DNA of 64,000 bases from Candidatus Fermentibacteraceae bacterium. Lineage in GTDB: Bacteria; Fermentibacterota; Fermentibacteria; Fermentibacterales; JCC-6. The first letter of the stretch is position 1. Each line of letters starts with the position of its first letter. Position numbers and translations under genes: made by a program. Positions 9,976 to 20,331 of the stretch are shown here, piece by piece. Where the stretch lies: NCBI GenBank assembly GCA_046485185.1, contig JAWOHL010000089.1, forward strand, positions 3,553 through 67,552, given 5' to 3'. The notes under the pieces are model-generated. The model worked only from the letters and a program-made list of their open reading frames with translations, searched no databases and was not told the DNA's origin.

Positions 9976-11048
9976 TGCCTCCCTTCGTTTTGAACCCTTG
10001 CCATATAGTGAACAGGATCACCCCAGTCGTCAACCGCCACCACCCTGCCCGCCATCTCGACCCGCCTTTTCAGGCAGTTCAGGCAGTCCTCCCTGTTCTC
10101 ATCGGTGCACGGTTTCCCATCGTAAAGCAGGTAATCCTTCCGGAATTCTCCCGGTGTGACCGATGGCATCACAACGTTCGCCCCCCATGAAAGGCCCTTC
10201 TCCCTTCCCGTGGCATCGAGAGCCTGGAGAGCCGTGGTCGCAGCGATGTTGGTGGTGACGGTGAGAAGCCTGGTCAACCCGATCATCAGAAGGGAGAGCC
10301 TCATGCGCTCGCTGTCTGGAAGGATCGTATCGTGCCCCATGGGAGTTCCGTGGTGGGGAATGAACGGTCCCATCCCGAACATGTCGAAGCCGTTGTCCCT
10401 GTAGAAAAGAAGGTCGTCCGCCAGCATTTCGGGGGTCTGTCCCGGCAGACCGATCATGACACCGGTGCCCACTGCGAAACCCTCCTCCCGAAGGATACGG
10501 AGGCAGGTGAGCCTGCTCTCCATTGTCTGCTCACCGGGATGGATACTGCGGAAAAGACCCGGATTGGTGGTCTCGATCCGCAGGAGGTAACGGTGGGCGC
10601 CCGCCTTTCTGAACCGCCGCAATGTCTCCCGTGACTGCTCACCCACGCACAGTGTGATGCCAAGCCCCTCCGGAAGCCCTGGGGAAACCGTCCGGCTTTT
10701 CACCATAAGCACGGCTTCCTCCACGAAATCCGCGAAAGCCGGGTCGGTCCTCTCGCCGGACTGCAGCACGATCGACCCGAAACCGGCCTCGGCGCACCAC
10801 CGGGCTGCTTCGGTGATCTGTGCGAGAGATGCGGTGTACCTCTTCAGGGTGTGGTTGCCCCGCCGTATTCCGCAGTACAGGCAGTCGAGCGAGCAGATGT
10901 TCGAGAATTCGATCAGCCCCCGGTAGTAGACCAGGTTGCCGAGCGTTGCGAGAGTCAGGTCTTCGGCGTGGCGCCTCACGGCTTCCAGGTCCCCGGGGTT
11001 CCGGGTTTGAAGCAGGGATATGATCCCCTCCCGGGTGAGGTCGTTCAT
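9972..11048 (-). CDS. hydE: [FeFe]-hydrogenase maturase HydE (radical SAM)
   Basis: IEFSNICSLDCLYCGIRRGN (CX3CX2C) and VLQSGE motifs. The ATG at 11048 forms an ATGA overlap with the hydF stop. The longer ORF to 11210 overlaps hydF and is rejected. Confidence 0.8.
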   Translation of the reverse strand: MNDLTREGIISLLQTRNPGDLEAVRRHAEDLTLATLGNLVYYRGLIEFSNICSLDCLYCGIRRGNHTLKRYTASLAQITEAARWCAEAGFGSIVLQSGERTDPAFADFVEEAVLMVKSRTVSPGLPEGLGITLCVGEQSRETLRRFRKAGAHRYLLRIETTNPGLFRSIHPGEQTMESRLTCLRILREEGFAVGTGVMIGLPGQTPEMLADDLLFYRDNGFDMFGMGPFIPHHGTPMGHDTILPDSERMRLSLLMIGLTRLLTVTTNIAATTALQALDATGREKGLSWGANVVMPSVTPGEFRKDYLLYDGKPCTDENREDCLNCLKRRVEMAGRVVAVDDWGDPVHYMARVQNEGRQ

Positions 11049-12289
11049 TGCAGGCTCCGGTATGCAGCAAGTGCATCCGGGAAAGGCCCGAGGGCCCTTT
11101 CGAATATCCCAAGGCTGTACGCGATGGTCAGCCCGTAGTTGGTTATTGGCACTCCTGCGGCCTCGGCACGCTGGATACGGGTGAGCATGGTCCTGCGGTT
11201 GAACATGCATGCCCCGCAGTGTATCACGAGACGGAACGAACTCAGGTCTGCGGGGAAATCCGACCCCCTCTGGAAAACGAATTCGAGGTCACCCCCCACG
11301 TACCGTCCAAGCCAGTCCGGTATCTTCACAGTGCCTATGTCTTCGCCTATGGGGTGATGGGTGCAGGCCTCGGCCACAAGGACCCGGTCTCCCGGCCTGA
11401 GCCGGTCGATGGCGGCAGCGCCCGCAACCATCGAGGAAAGATCGCCCTGGAACCTTGCGAACAGTATTGAGAAGGATGTGAGCAGGATGTCTTCGGGTGT
11501 CCCGGCCGAAACCCTGCGGAAGGCCTGGCTGTCGGTAACGACTATCGCCGGTTTCTCCCGGAGATTGCCCAGAGCCTTCGCGAGCTCGCCGTCCTGGGTC
11601 ACCACGGCCATGCAGCCGTGGTCAAGGAGGTCCCGTATGGTCTGTACCTGGGGAAGGATTATCCTGCCCTTCGGCGCCTCCTTGTCGATGGGGATCACGA
11701 GAACGGCTGTGCCGCCCGGGGGCAGCAGGTCGGACACTATGGCCGGTCTGTTCACGAAATCGTCGGGCGCCATGCGGATGAGGGCTTCCCGAAGGTCATC
11801 CACGCCATCGCCGGTAACAGCTGAAACAGCCACCCATGAGAGTTTCCTCTTCTCCATTTCCACGCGGAAAGCGTCCGACATCGGGCTGCCGTCGGTCTTG
11901 CTGCGAACCACGATGACAGGTATCCCCGATCCGCGGAAATCATCGGCAAGCTGCTCTTCCCAGCCACCCCACAGGTCCGTGTCGGTGACTATGACCGCCA
12001 GGTCGGTCCCCTCCATGACGCCGCGGGTACGCTCTACCCTCTGGGCGCCCAGCTCCCCTTCGTCGTCCAGCCCGGCGGTATCCGTGAAGATCACCGGCCC
12101 CAGGGGGAGAAGTTCCATGGCCTTCTTGACCGGATCGGTGGTGGTGCCCGGTGTATCCGAGACTATGGAAACGCGGTGCCCCGCCAGAACGTTCACGATG
12201 CTTGACTTCCCGACGTTCCTCCTGCCGAAGATGCTTATGTGCAGCCTGAAGGACCGGGGGGAAGAACCGGCTTTAGCAGTAGACGTCAC
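11045..12289 (-). CDS. hydF: [FeFe]-hydrogenase maturation GTPase HydF
   Basis: P-loop FGRRNVGKSS, DTAG G3 motif, and C-terminal CxH...HC-type cluster region (EACTHHP ... IHCGAC). GTG start with a GGGAGGG RBS. Confidence 0.8.
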   Translation of the reverse strand: MTSTAKAGSSPRSFRLHISIFGRRNVGKSSIVNVLAGHRVSIVSDTPGTTTDPVKKAMELLPLGPVIFTDTAGLDDEGELGAQRVERTRGVMEGTDLAVIVTDTDLWGGWEEQLADDFRGSGIPVIVVRSKTDGSPMSDAFRVEMEKRKLSWVAVSAVTGDGVDDLREALIRMAPDDFVNRPAIVSDLLPPGGTAVLVIPIDKEAPKGRIILPQVQTIRDLLDHGCMAVVTQDGELAKALGNLREKPAIVVTDSQAFRRVSAGTPEDILLTSFSILFARFQGDLSSMVAGAAAIDRLRPGDRVLVAEACTHHPIGEDIGTVKIPDWLGRYVGGDLEFVFQRGSDFPADLSSFRLVIHCGACMFNRRTMLTRIQRAEAAGVPITNYGLTIAYSLGIFERALGPFPDALAAYRSLQ

Positions 12290-13670
12290 GTTTTCCCTCC
12301 CTCACGGCCCTGAGCATGGCTTCGGTCCTCTCACTTGCCTCAGGTGTCATGTTTTCAATGAAACCGCTTATGCAGCGTTCGCCGGTCACCCTTGTCTCAG
12401 GGTCCGCGTAGTCAATAAGGTACTCCATGAACGTGCTGGCAGCGTTCGGATCACAGTGCATCCTGATTTCCCCGGGTTTGGCCAGGTCCATGAAGTCCTT
12501 CCCGGTCCTGCCCAGACGGTAGCATCCCGTACAGAAACTGGGGACGTAACCCATTGAGGCAACGTCACGGATGACTTCGTTCAGGGGTCTGTGATCCCCC
12601 AGACTGAACTGGCTGCCGTCCTCGCCGTGCTCCCCCTCGGCATACCCGCCCGGGTTCGTGCGGCTGCCCGCCGAGATCTGGCTCACGCCCAGGGCAAAGG
12701 TTTCCCGGCGCATGTGCGGGGTTTCCCTGGTCGACATGATTATCCCCGTGTAGGGAACGGCAAGGCGGAGGATGGCCACGATCTTTCTGAAATCGACGTC
12801 GGTCACCGCATGGGGGGGGTGCGCCGCGATGTCGGAGCCGGTGGCAGGTTCCAGCCTTGGGACGCTTATGGTGTGCGGTCCCACCCCGAACCTGTCCTCG
12901 ATGTGCCGGATGTGCTGAAGCAGTGCCTGCAACTCCCACGCCCAGGGGCTGAGACCGAAGAGCACCCCGATCCCTACATCGTCGATACCGGCCTCCATGG
13001 CCCTGTCTATCGCGGTGATACGCCAGCCGTAGTCCCTTTTCTTCCCGCCTGTGTGAACCCTGCCGTAGACAGCGGGATGGTAGGTCTCCTGAAACAGCTG
13101 GTACGTGCCGATCCCTGTCTTTTTCAGCTCCGAGAACTCGGTGGAGGTCAGCGGGGCGACGTTGACGTTGATGCGCCGGATCCCTCCCTTGCCGGATTTG
13201 ACGCCATACACCGTGGCGATGCTTTTCAGAACGTACCCGAACCCTTCACGCGGATAGGACTCTCCCGCCACGAGCAACACCCTTTTGTGCCCCTGGTCAA
13301 CCAGTATGGCGGTTTCACGGGCTATCTCATCCTGGGTCAGGGCCCGCCTCACGATTTCGGGGTTGGACGCCCTGAAGGCGCAGTAGAGGCACTCGTTACC
13401 GCACAGGTTCGATATGTACATCGGGGCGAAAATGACCAGTCTTTTTCCGTAAATGGTCTCCTTCACCTTCTTCGCCGCGTCGTAAAGCTCCTGCAGGAGC
13501 CCGGGGTCGGATACCGAAGCAAGGCAGGCCACGTCTTCAGGGGAGAGTCCCTTCATCTCCAGACCACGGGAAACCACTTCCCTGAATCTGCTGACTTCCG
13601 GAGCCTTGCTACCCGAGAGGAGAGATTCGATCCTTTCGGGGTTTATCACGGGAACTGCACAGGGATCCAT
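12273..13670 (-). CDS. hydG: [FeFe]-hydrogenase maturase HydG (radical SAM tyrosine lyase)
   Basis: ISNLCGNECLYCAF radical-SAM motif. The C-terminal CTGC-X22-C (CX2CX22C) auxiliary cluster motif is characteristic of HydG rather than ThiH. Confidence 0.85.
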   Translation of the reverse strand: MDPCAVPVINPERIESLLSGSKAPEVSRFREVVSRGLEMKGLSPEDVACLASVSDPGLLQELYDAAKKVKETIYGKRLVIFAPMYISNLCGNECLYCAFRASNPEIVRRALTQDEIARETAILVDQGHKRVLLVAGESYPREGFGYVLKSIATVYGVKSGKGGIRRINVNVAPLTSTEFSELKKTGIGTYQLFQETYHPAVYGRVHTGGKKRDYGWRITAIDRAMEAGIDDVGIGVLFGLSPWAWELQALLQHIRHIEDRFGVGPHTISVPRLEPATGSDIAAHPPHAVTDVDFRKIVAILRLAVPYTGIIMSTRETPHMRRETFALGVSQISAGSRTNPGGYAEGEHGEDGSQFSLGDHRPLNEVIRDVASMGYVPSFCTGCYRLGRTGKDFMDLAKPGEIRMHCDPNAASTFMEYLIDYADPETRVTGERCISGFIENMTPEASERTEAMLRAVREGKRDVYC

Positions 13671-13700
13671 AGAACATCTCCAGTCGGTGTTACTGCCGTG

Positions 13701-13712
13701 CCGCTCGAGCGG
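13701..13712 (-). promoter_or_regulatory. 12-bp perfect palindrome in the hydG leader
   Basis: CCGCTCGAGCGG lies between the putative -10 and the hydG RBS. Confidence 0.3.
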
Positions 13713-13731
13713 AATGTGATGCCGGAATATA

Positions 13732-13748
13732 GTAACAATTCCTGTTAC
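13732..13748 (-). promoter_or_regulatory. Palindromic candidate operator upstream of hydG
   Basis: GTAACA-ATTCC-TGTTAC, perfect 6-bp arms, immediately upstream of a TATATT -10 (reverse complement of 13725-13730). Confidence 0.35.
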
Positions 13749-13760
13749 GGATGTTGCTTT

Positions 13761-14954
13761 TTAACGGGACCGTCTCCAGGCAACTGCGTAAAGACCGTCC
13801 ACACCGGATTCGGGCGGGAATGAAGACATCGAGCCATCCCGTAAAAGAGCCTCAGGCAATGGTAAGGAAAGCCTTTCAAAGACGGGATGCACAGCATCGA
13901 AGCTCCTGGCAAGAAACTCGTTTTCTTCGGGTTCGAGGCTGCAAGTGCTGTAAAAAAGCGCTCCTCCGGGAAGAACATGCTCCGAGGCGCTGTGAAGGAG
14001 GTTTTCCTGTACTTTCCGAAGCGCTTCCAGCGTGGCCGTTGACCAGCGCCACCTTGCTCCGGGGCGCCTGCGAAAAACACCCGTGTTCGAACAGGGCGCG
14101 TCAACGAACACTTTGTGAAAACCTCCCCGGAAAGGGAGTTCCCGTCCGTCCCCCACTACCGGGAACGCATGGGTCCACTCCAGCCTGCGCCTGTTCTCCA
14201 GCCATTTTCCCATCCTCTTCAAGGAAAGGTCAAGACTGACAAGAACGGTTTCCTGCTGATGCGCCGTCTTGCCGCCCGGGGCTGCCCCTATCTCAAGAGC
14301 CGACTCCCCCGGCATGTTTCGAAACACTCTTGCAACGATCGCCGCCGCTTCATCCTGTACAAAGACGCCTGGTGGCGGAATGGGAATGCCCCGGTCAAAC
14401 CTCCTGTAACCCTCAAGGAAAAGCCCCTGCTCACCGGGTGGCTGTTCTCCGAATGCAAAACCTCCAAGCACCGGAGGTTCATTGTTCCAGCGAAGAAGGT
14501 CGGCAGTTCTTTTCAGCCCGAACCGGTCGGACCATCTTCGGACCAGCTCGGCAGGGTGTGACCATCGGATATGCAGGGGAAGGTCGGGTTCCTCACCCTC
14601 GGATGACAACCGTCTCAGAACGGCGTTCACAAGACCCCTGGCACCCTGGTTCCCGGCGAGTTTCACGGTCTCCGAGACCGCGGCGTGGACCGGTGTGCCC
14701 AGGACAAGAAGCTGGACGGCTCCCAGCCTGAGAACGGCCAGCATTCTGCTGTCGAGTTTCTGCATCGGTCTTGTGAGAAAACGGGCCAGGTTGTGGTCAA
14801 GCCTGGCCCTCCAGACGGTGGTTTCCCTTACAAGCCTGAGGGCGAAGGCCTCATCACGGGAGGAAAGCTCGAACGACGTTTCCCGAATACCCAGAAGGAC
14901 CTCGAGGGCTTTCCTTCTGGGATCGGAACTAACGAAGGGCAGCGAGGTTCTCAA
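13761..14954 (-). CDS. rsmB: 16S rRNA (cytosine-C5)-methyltransferase RsmB/Sun family
   Basis: NusB-like N-terminal region followed by a methyltransferase core with FVDAPCSNTGV and LFYSTCS motifs. The start is uncertain: TTG at 14954, while the maximal ORF to 15149 would swallow the NifU-like gene. Confidence 0.7.
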   Translation of the reverse strand: MRTSLPFVSSDPRRKALEVLLGIRETSFELSSRDEAFALRLVRETTVWRARLDHNLARFLTRPMQKLDSRMLAVLRLGAVQLLVLGTPVHAAVSETVKLAGNQGARGLVNAVLRRLSSEGEEPDLPLHIRWSHPAELVRRWSDRFGLKRTADLLRWNNEPPVLGGFAFGEQPPGEQGLFLEGYRRFDRGIPIPPPGVFVQDEAAAIVARVFRNMPGESALEIGAAPGGKTAHQQETVLVSLDLSLKRMGKWLENRRRLEWTHAFPVVGDGRELPFRGGFHKVFVDAPCSNTGVFRRRPGARWRWSTATLEALRKVQENLLHSASEHVLPGGALFYSTCSLEPEENEFLARSFDAVHPVFERLSLPLPEALLRDGSMSSFPPESGVDGLYAVAWRRSR

Positions 14955-15180
14955 CCTTCTTGAGGTCGGGGAAAACCATCCTGAGGTTCCGCTCCACGCT
15001 GTGCTGAAGCGTGAGGGCCGCGAATGCGCAGCCGCTGCAGGCTCCCTGAAGCTCGACTTTGACGGTTCCGTCCTCGAGTGACACGAACCTGATGTCGCCG
15101 CCGTCACCCTGGAGCATTGGTCTGATCTTCTCGAGTTCGGCGCGGACATTCTCTTCTGTCAGGGGAAGTGTACCGGGCAT
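14929..15180 (-). CDS. NifU-like Fe-S cluster assembly domain protein (Nfu type)
   Basis: 83 aa with GGDIRFVSLEDGTVKVELQGACSGC, the classical NifU C-terminal domain CxxC motif. Confidence 0.8.
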   Translation of the reverse strand: MPGTLPLTEENVRAELEKIRPMLQGDGGDIRFVSLEDGTVKVELQGACSGCAFAALTLQHSVERNLRMVFPDLKKVENLAALR

Positions 15181-15193
15181 TTCGGTTCCTTTC

Positions 15194-17269
15194 TCATCGA
15201 ACCTGGGCGAGAACCAGTGAAACGATGGTCATGAGTTTTATGAGGATGTTAAGCGAGGGGCCGCTCGTGTCCTTGAACGGGTCTCCAATGGTGTCTCCCG
15301 TCACCGAGCACTCGTGGCACGCTGAACCCTTGCCCCCCATGTGCCCAGCCTCGATGTACTTCTTCGCGTTGTCCCAGGCGCCCCCCGAATTGCTCATGAA
15401 GATCGCCAGGAGAACACCGGTCACGATGGCGCCGGCGAGAAGACCGCCCAGGGTTTCAGGGCCGTTATCGCCGAACCCGAAGAAAACCGCGACTGGAACG
15501 GCCACGGCCAGCAAACCCGGAAGGATCATCTCGGTAAGGGCAGCCCTGGTGGCGATGTCGACACACTTCTCCGTATCGGGCTCGGCCTCTCCCTCCATCA
15601 GTCCCTTGATCTCACGGAACTGCCGTCTTACTTCCGTCACCATCTTCATCGCCGCCCTGCCCACGGACCTGAGGGTGATGGACGCGAAGAGGAAGGGCAG
15701 CAGCCCCCCGAGCAACAGGCCGGCGACAACGTGAGGGCTCAAAAGGTCGATCATGGAGAGCCTTGCCGCCTGCGCGTACGCAGTAAAAAGGGCAAGGGCA
15801 GTGAGGGCGGCGCTTCCGATCGCAAAACCCTTTCCCATTGCAGCTGTCGTATTTCCCAGAGCGTCAAGCTTGTCGGTTCTGCGGCGCACCTCTTCGGAAA
15901 GACCCGCCATGCTTGCTATTCCGCCCGCGTTGTCGGCCACGGGGCCGTATGCGTCAACTGACATCGTCATGCCAACGTTCATAAGCATTCCCAGCGCCGC
16001 GATGGCGATGCCGTAAATGCCGGCGAAGTGATGGCTGGCGAGTATGGCTGCGGCGATGAGGACCATGGGCACCAGGGTTGATTCCATCCCAACAGCCAGC
16101 CCCTCGATGACCGTGGTGGCCGTTCCCGTGGATGTGGCTTCAGCTATCTTCCGGACCGGGGCTGCGCTTGTGTAGTACTCGGTTACCAGACCGATCACCG
16201 TACCCACCAGCACTCCGCTGGTCATGGCCCAGAAAACACCCGGCACGAGCCCTGCACGAATGATGAAGAAGCCGCCCAGCAAAACGCTGAGACCTGCGCT
16301 CACGAAGGTTCCGTTCCGAAGGACCGATTGCGGTGACTGCTTTCTGAGTATTTTCACGAACAAAGCCCCTACGAGGCTGGCGATGGTTCCGAGCGCCGCG
16401 AGGATCAGGGGAAGGCCGACGAGAGTCTGGCGGCCCACATGCCCGGCGTCGTGTCCCGCTGCGGAAAAGAGCCTGTTCAGTTGCCCGGAGCCCAGGCTGA
16501 GGGCGAGGATGATGGCGGCGATGATGCACCCCACGTAGGACTCGAAAAGGTCGGCACCCATGCCGGCCACGTCGCCCACGTTGTCCCCGACGTTGTCGGC
16601 GATCACTGCGGGGTTCCGGGGATCGTCCTCGGGAATTCCCGCCTCGATCTTGCCCACCAGATCAGCGCCGACATCGGCGCTCTTCGTGAATATGCCTCCC
16701 CCCACCCTGGCGAAGAGGGCTATGCTGCTGGCTCCCATCCCGAAGCCGGCAATGCTCTCGAGTGACACCGAAACCCCCAGGATGCCGGAGACGAACCCGC
16801 GGACCGACTCGACGTCATGGAATGCCAGGAAGAAAACGCTGACACCCAGAAGCCCGAAACCGGCCACCGCAAAACCCATTATGCTGCCGGAATCGAATGC
16901 TGCGGCAAGTGCATTCGAAAGGCTCTCCCGTGCGGCGTTGGCGGTTCTGACATTGCCTGTGGTGGCGGCCTTCATGCCGACGTAGCCCGCCAGCATACTG
17001 AGAAGGGCGCCGGCCACGAACGCCAGAGAGGTTGCTCTGTTAACGAAAAAGAAAAGAAGAAGGGCCACAAGCACTACAAAAACCATGAGAATGCGGTACT
17101 GGGTTTTCAGGTAAGCCATCGCGCCGGTTCTTATGAAACCGGCGATCTTCTGCATCAGTTCGTTGCCCGGGGCGTACTTTGCGAGCCTGGCGTACACTAG
17201 CGCAGCCACCACCAGAGTGGCGACGGCGACAACTGGGGCCAGGTACGTAAAAACTGCGCCTGCCTGCAT
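15194..17269 (-). CDS. hppA: Membrane-bound ion-translocating pyrophosphatase
   Basis: 691 aa polytopic protein with [18 protein letters not shown] and [18 protein letters not shown] motifs. GNTTAA rather than GNTTKA suggests the K+-stimulated class. Confidence 0.9.
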   Translation of the reverse strand: MQAGAVFTYLAPVVAVATLVVAALVYARLAKYAPGNELMQKIAGFIRTGAMAYLKTQYRILMVFVVLVALLLFFFVNRATSLAFVAGALLSMLAGYVGMKAATTGNVRTANAARESLSNALAAAFDSGSIMGFAVAGFGLLGVSVFFLAFHDVESVRGFVSGILGVSVSLESIAGFGMGASSIALFARVGGGIFTKSADVGADLVGKIEAGIPEDDPRNPAVIADNVGDNVGDVAGMGADLFESYVGCIIAAIILALSLGSGQLNRLFSAAGHDAGHVGRQTLVGLPLILAALGTIASLVGALFVKILRKQSPQSVLRNGTFVSAGLSVLLGGFFIIRAGLVPGVFWAMTSGVLVGTVIGLVTEYYTSAAPVRKIAEATSTGTATTVIEGLAVGMESTLVPMVLIAAAILASHHFAGIYGIAIAALGMLMNVGMTMSVDAYGPVADNAGGIASMAGLSEEVRRRTDKLDALGNTTAAMGKGFAIGSAALTALALFTAYAQAARLSMIDLLSPHVVAGLLLGGLLPFLFASITLRSVGRAAMKMVTEVRRQFREIKGLMEGEAEPDTEKCVDIATRAALTEMILPGLLAVAVPVAVFFGFGDNGPETLGGLLAGAIVTGVLLAIFMSNSGGAWDNAKKYIEAGHMGGKGSACHECSVTGDTIGDPFKDTSGPSLNILIKLMTIVSLVLAQVR

Positions 17270-17327
17270 TCATACCTCCGAAGAAACCGTTGTTACAAAA
17301 CCTTTTGTCAAGCCAAGCATTTCTAAC

Positions 17328-18887
17328 CTATTGCCATTCGGGGGTCAAGTTTCGAAGGGCCTCGCGTGAAGGACCGTGGCCCGGGTTCCACTCAAGAGCC
17401 TTCCCGAACCAGAAAACGGCTCCCTCCCGGTCGCCGTCCTCGAGGTCCATCACACCAAGGTTGTAAAGGGCATCGGTGCCGTTCAGGTCTACCCCGTCAA
17501 TCCTGATGGATGCCCTCTCCCATGACTGCATGAAAAGGGATCGGGCTTCCCGCCGGTTCCCCGAGGAATAGTTTGCCATTCCGTCGTGAAAGGGCATGTT
17601 CACTCCGCTGGTTTCTACCGCCGGTCCGGTCAGGACTGCGAGACCCACGCCCAGGGCGGCTCCCAGGGGAGCTGTCAGAACACCCCTTTTCCAGACCCTG
17701 AGGAACCTTGGCACCATGAAAAGCAGCACGAAGGGTATCAGGGGAAGTCTGAACCTGGCGGTGATGAAGAAAGGGGCAAGCCCGACCGCCAGGGTCAGAA
17801 CCCATGCCAGAGCCCTTTTTTCAAACTCCCCCGCTCTTCCCGCCAAGAGCGCACCGGGAAGCAACAGCCAGAGCAGCAGCCCGGGAAGCGTGAAGGGCGG
17901 GCCGGTGACCAGAACCCCGGCCAGCGGAGAGATGCGGCCCATATAGTAGGCATCGTAGTTGCAGGGGATCTCAACGGGGCTCAGCAGGAACAGGGCCTTC
18001 CTTAAAAGCAGGACCAGTGAGCCAATGGGGCGGGAAACAACGTGCCGCATTGTGGAACGGGTCCAGTAAGAGGATACCGTGGATGGAGTTGCGTCAGCGG
18101 AGAGGGGGGCGAGGCTCGCCGCCCAGACATTGTCCACATACGGCAGTTCACCGGAAGGCTCCCTGCGGCCAGTGGGGGCGAAGGCGGTTACCCCGTCCGC
18201 ATCCGGGCCCGAACCCACGAAAAAGTTGATCCCCCCCTGGCTGGAGATGACAGTGCCGGGGTCTCCGGAAAACACGTTCACTGCCCAGACGGCAACCACG
18301 GGTATGAACCATGCCGCCCATGACCGTACCCGGGGCCGGAAGAGCAGGATGCTTACCGGCAGAAGCAGAACCGCTCCAGGCCTGGCGATGCACGAAAGCC
18401 CCAACAGGAACCATGGCGCGGGAGAATCCGACCTTCTGCAGAGGGCGAGGAAAGAGGCGCACAGCAGAAACATGTAGAGCGGCTCGATCAGCATGAAACC
18501 CTGGTACAAAAGAGCGGTTCCCCAGAGCGCCCATACGGCAGCGATGAGAAAGGCAGCGCAGCGTGAGGTGAAGGCAAGCCCCGTCCGGTGGAGCAGAACC
18601 ACAGTCCCGGCGCCGAGGGCCATTGACAGGAGCGCCCCGCTCACGGCCCCCGAGCCGAAAAGACCGAACCAGCCGCCCAGAAGCCAGGGGTACAGCGGCG
18701 CCCTGAAATAAGGGGCGTAGATAAACAGGTCGCCATCCGAGACAGCTTCGGCCCAGAGCATATGCCATCGGGCATCCACCACAGGGTAGCGCCCGAGGGG
18801 GGAGCCCAGGATCGGAAGGTTCACCCCTGCCCAGGCCGCAAGGAAGACCAGAAGAACGAGCGTGGTGTCCGGCAGCCCGCTTTTCAT
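17328..18887 (-). CDS. GT-C-fold membrane glycosyltransferase-like protein (ArnT/PMT-like) with C-terminal TPR region
   Basis: About 10 predicted TM segments followed by a soluble TPR-like tail ([20 protein letters not shown]). The family assignment is by architecture only. Confidence 0.5.
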   Translation of the reverse strand: MKSGLPDTTLVLLVFLAAWAGVNLPILGSPLGRYPVVDARWHMLWAEAVSDGDLFIYAPYFRAPLYPWLLGGWFGLFGSGAVSGALLSMALGAGTVVLLHRTGLAFTSRCAAFLIAAVWALWGTALLYQGFMLIEPLYMFLLCASFLALCRRSDSPAPWFLLGLSCIARPGAVLLLPVSILLFRPRVRSWAAWFIPVVAVWAVNVFSGDPGTVISSQGGINFFVGSGPDADGVTAFAPTGRREPSGELPYVDNVWAASLAPLSADATPSTVSSYWTRSTMRHVVSRPIGSLVLLLRKALFLLSPVEIPCNYDAYYMGRISPLAGVLVTGPPFTLPGLLLWLLLPGALLAGRAGEFEKRALAWVLTLAVGLAPFFITARFRLPLIPFVLLFMVPRFLRVWKRGVLTAPLGAALGVGLAVLTGPAVETSGVNMPFHDGMANYSSGNRREARSLFMQSWERASIRIDGVDLNGTDALYNLGVMDLEDGDREGAVFWFGKALEWNPGHGPSREALRNLTPEWQ

Positions 18888-19339
18888 TCACCGATGAGAG
18901 CTGTTGTGGAATGTCCGGCGAGGGTCGGCACTATGACCACCCTCTCCACAAGTCCGGCGCCCACCACCTCATCCGCCCTGTAATCCCCCCCCTTGACGAG
19001 AATGTGCGGTCTGAGAACCCGGATGAGTTCGAGCGGTGTGTCCTCGGAAAAGGGCACGACGAAATCCACGAAGCGAAGGGCTGAAAGAACAGCGGCCCTT
19101 GCCTCGAGGGGTGTTCGGGGTCTCAGATCGCCCTTCAGCCTTTTCACGGAAGAATCGCTGTTGAGCCCCACGAACAGAAAATCCCCCAGGACCGCGGCCC
19201 GGGAGAGAACGAGGATATGCCCGGGATGTAGAAGGTCGAAGCATCCGTTCGTGAAAACAACGGTGCAACCTGCTTTCCTGATGAGGGAGCACCGGCGTTC
19301 TGCCTCAGCCCTGTCGAGTATCCTCCCGGCGTCACTCAT
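18884..19339 (-). CDS. hldC: D-glycero-beta-D-manno-heptose-1-phosphate adenylyltransferase (RfaE domain II as a stand-alone protein)
   Basis: [16 protein letters not shown] cytidylyltransferase motif, 151 aa. It overlaps its neighbours by 4 and 8 nt. Confidence 0.8.
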   Translation of the reverse strand: MSDAGRILDRAEAERRCSLIRKAGCTVVFTNGCFDLLHPGHILVLSRAAVLGDFLFVGLNSDSSVKRLKGDLRPRTPLEARAAVLSALRFVDFVVPFSEDTPLELIRVLRPHILVKGGDYRADEVVGAGLVERVVIVPTLAGHSTTALIGE

Positions 19340-20318
19340 GAAGCCTGGCCTCTCTGAGTATGTCTTCAGGAGTCACGGCGTATACCCCCGGTTCCGCGCA
19401 GACCGCTGCGGCTGCGTAGTTGGCCATCACCGCCGCCCTGACCGGCGGTACACCGGAAGCATAGGCAAGCCCCATCACCGCGATGACCGCGTCACCCGCC
19501 CCTGAGACGTCGAAGACATGCCTTGCGGCGGTGGACTGGACAAGGGGGGTCTCCCCGCCTTTTACGCTGAGTATCGATCCTCCCGCTCCGAGGGTTAAAA
19601 GGACTGCCTGGGCGTCGAGAACCCGGATTATCATCCCGCACGCCGTTTGAAGCTCTTCGGTCGTGGCGTCGTCGAGCTCACGCCCCAGCATTGCGGATGC
19701 CTCGCGGAGATTGGGTTTGATGAGACTGACCCCTTTGTAAAGCATGATATTCCTGAACTTGGGGTCGGCCAGGACGGGAATTCCCCTGTCCCTGGACTCA
19801 TCGATTATCCAGGGTATGTTGAAATCCCCCAGGAAACCCTTGTCGTAGTCTTCAAAGATCACCGCCGTCACGCTCGAAAGGGCCGCCAGTATCCCGGCAT
19901 TCTCCAGTGAGCCCTTTTCCCGTCTGCAGGGAATTGTTGATTCCCTGTCGATCCTTATGAGCTGGTATCCCCGTGAGATCACCCTGGTTTTCCGGGTCGT
20001 GGGTCTGTCGCGGTCCACGGTGACACACGAGACATCTACACCCTTTCGGGCGAGGAGGTCGGTAAGGATCTCACCGTCAGGGTCATCCCCAACAGTACCC
20101 GCAATGAACGGTCTGCCCCCGAGCGAAAGAACGTTGAGCGCAACATTGGCGGCCCCCCCCGGCGCGAATCTCTCTCCCGCACCGTCAAGGGCCACAACCG
20201 GAACCGGAGCCTCGGGAGATATCCTGTCAACCCTCCCCTCGAGGTAATGGTCAAGCACGAGATCCCCGAGAACCAGCACCCTGGCGTCCCGGAAAGCAAG
20301 AAGTTCATCGGTATACAA
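19332..20318 (-). CDS. hldA: D-glycero-beta-D-manno-heptose-7-phosphate kinase (RfaE domain I, PfkB family)
   Basis: [13 protein letters not shown]-terminus and DVSGAGDA PfkB motif. The preferred start is the TTG at 20318, with a GGGAGGG RBS 4-5 nt upstream. The maximal ORF reaches 20351. Confidence 0.75.
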   Translation of the reverse strand: MYTDELLAFRDARVLVLGDLVLDHYLEGRVDRISPEAPVPVVALDGAGERFAPGGAANVALNVLSLGGRPFIAGTVGDDPDGEILTDLLARKGVDVSCVTVDRDRPTTRKTRVISRGYQLIRIDRESTIPCRREKGSLENAGILAALSSVTAVIFEDYDKGFLGDFNIPWIIDESRDRGIPVLADPKFRNIMLYKGVSLIKPNLREASAMLGRELDDATTEELQTACGMIIRVLDAQAVLLTLGAGGSILSVKGGETPLVQSTAARHVFDVSGAGDAVIAVMGLAYASGVPPVRAAVMANYAAAAVCAEPGVYAVTPEDILREARLHE

Positions 20319-20331
20319 ACAGCCCTCCCAA

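Noticed and set aside
17283-17311. TTGACA (reverse complement of 17306-17311) upstream of hppA as a complete promoter.
   Set aside because: With a 17-nt spacer the -10 position reads GGTTTC, and the TAACAA nearby is only 10 nt away. The -35 match alone is not enough to call a promoter.
18985-18992. Homopolymeric C8/G8 tracts inside hldC (18985-18992) and hldA (20153-20160) as possible phase-variation switches in heptose biosynthesis.
   Set aside because: Identical 8-nt G/C runs also occur in hydG (~12812), the TPR/PBP lipoprotein gene (~25566), the esterase gene (~40397) and the GT-C gene (~56796). They all encode Pro-Pro or Gly-Gly, so they reflect codon bias rather than a targeted contingency locus.
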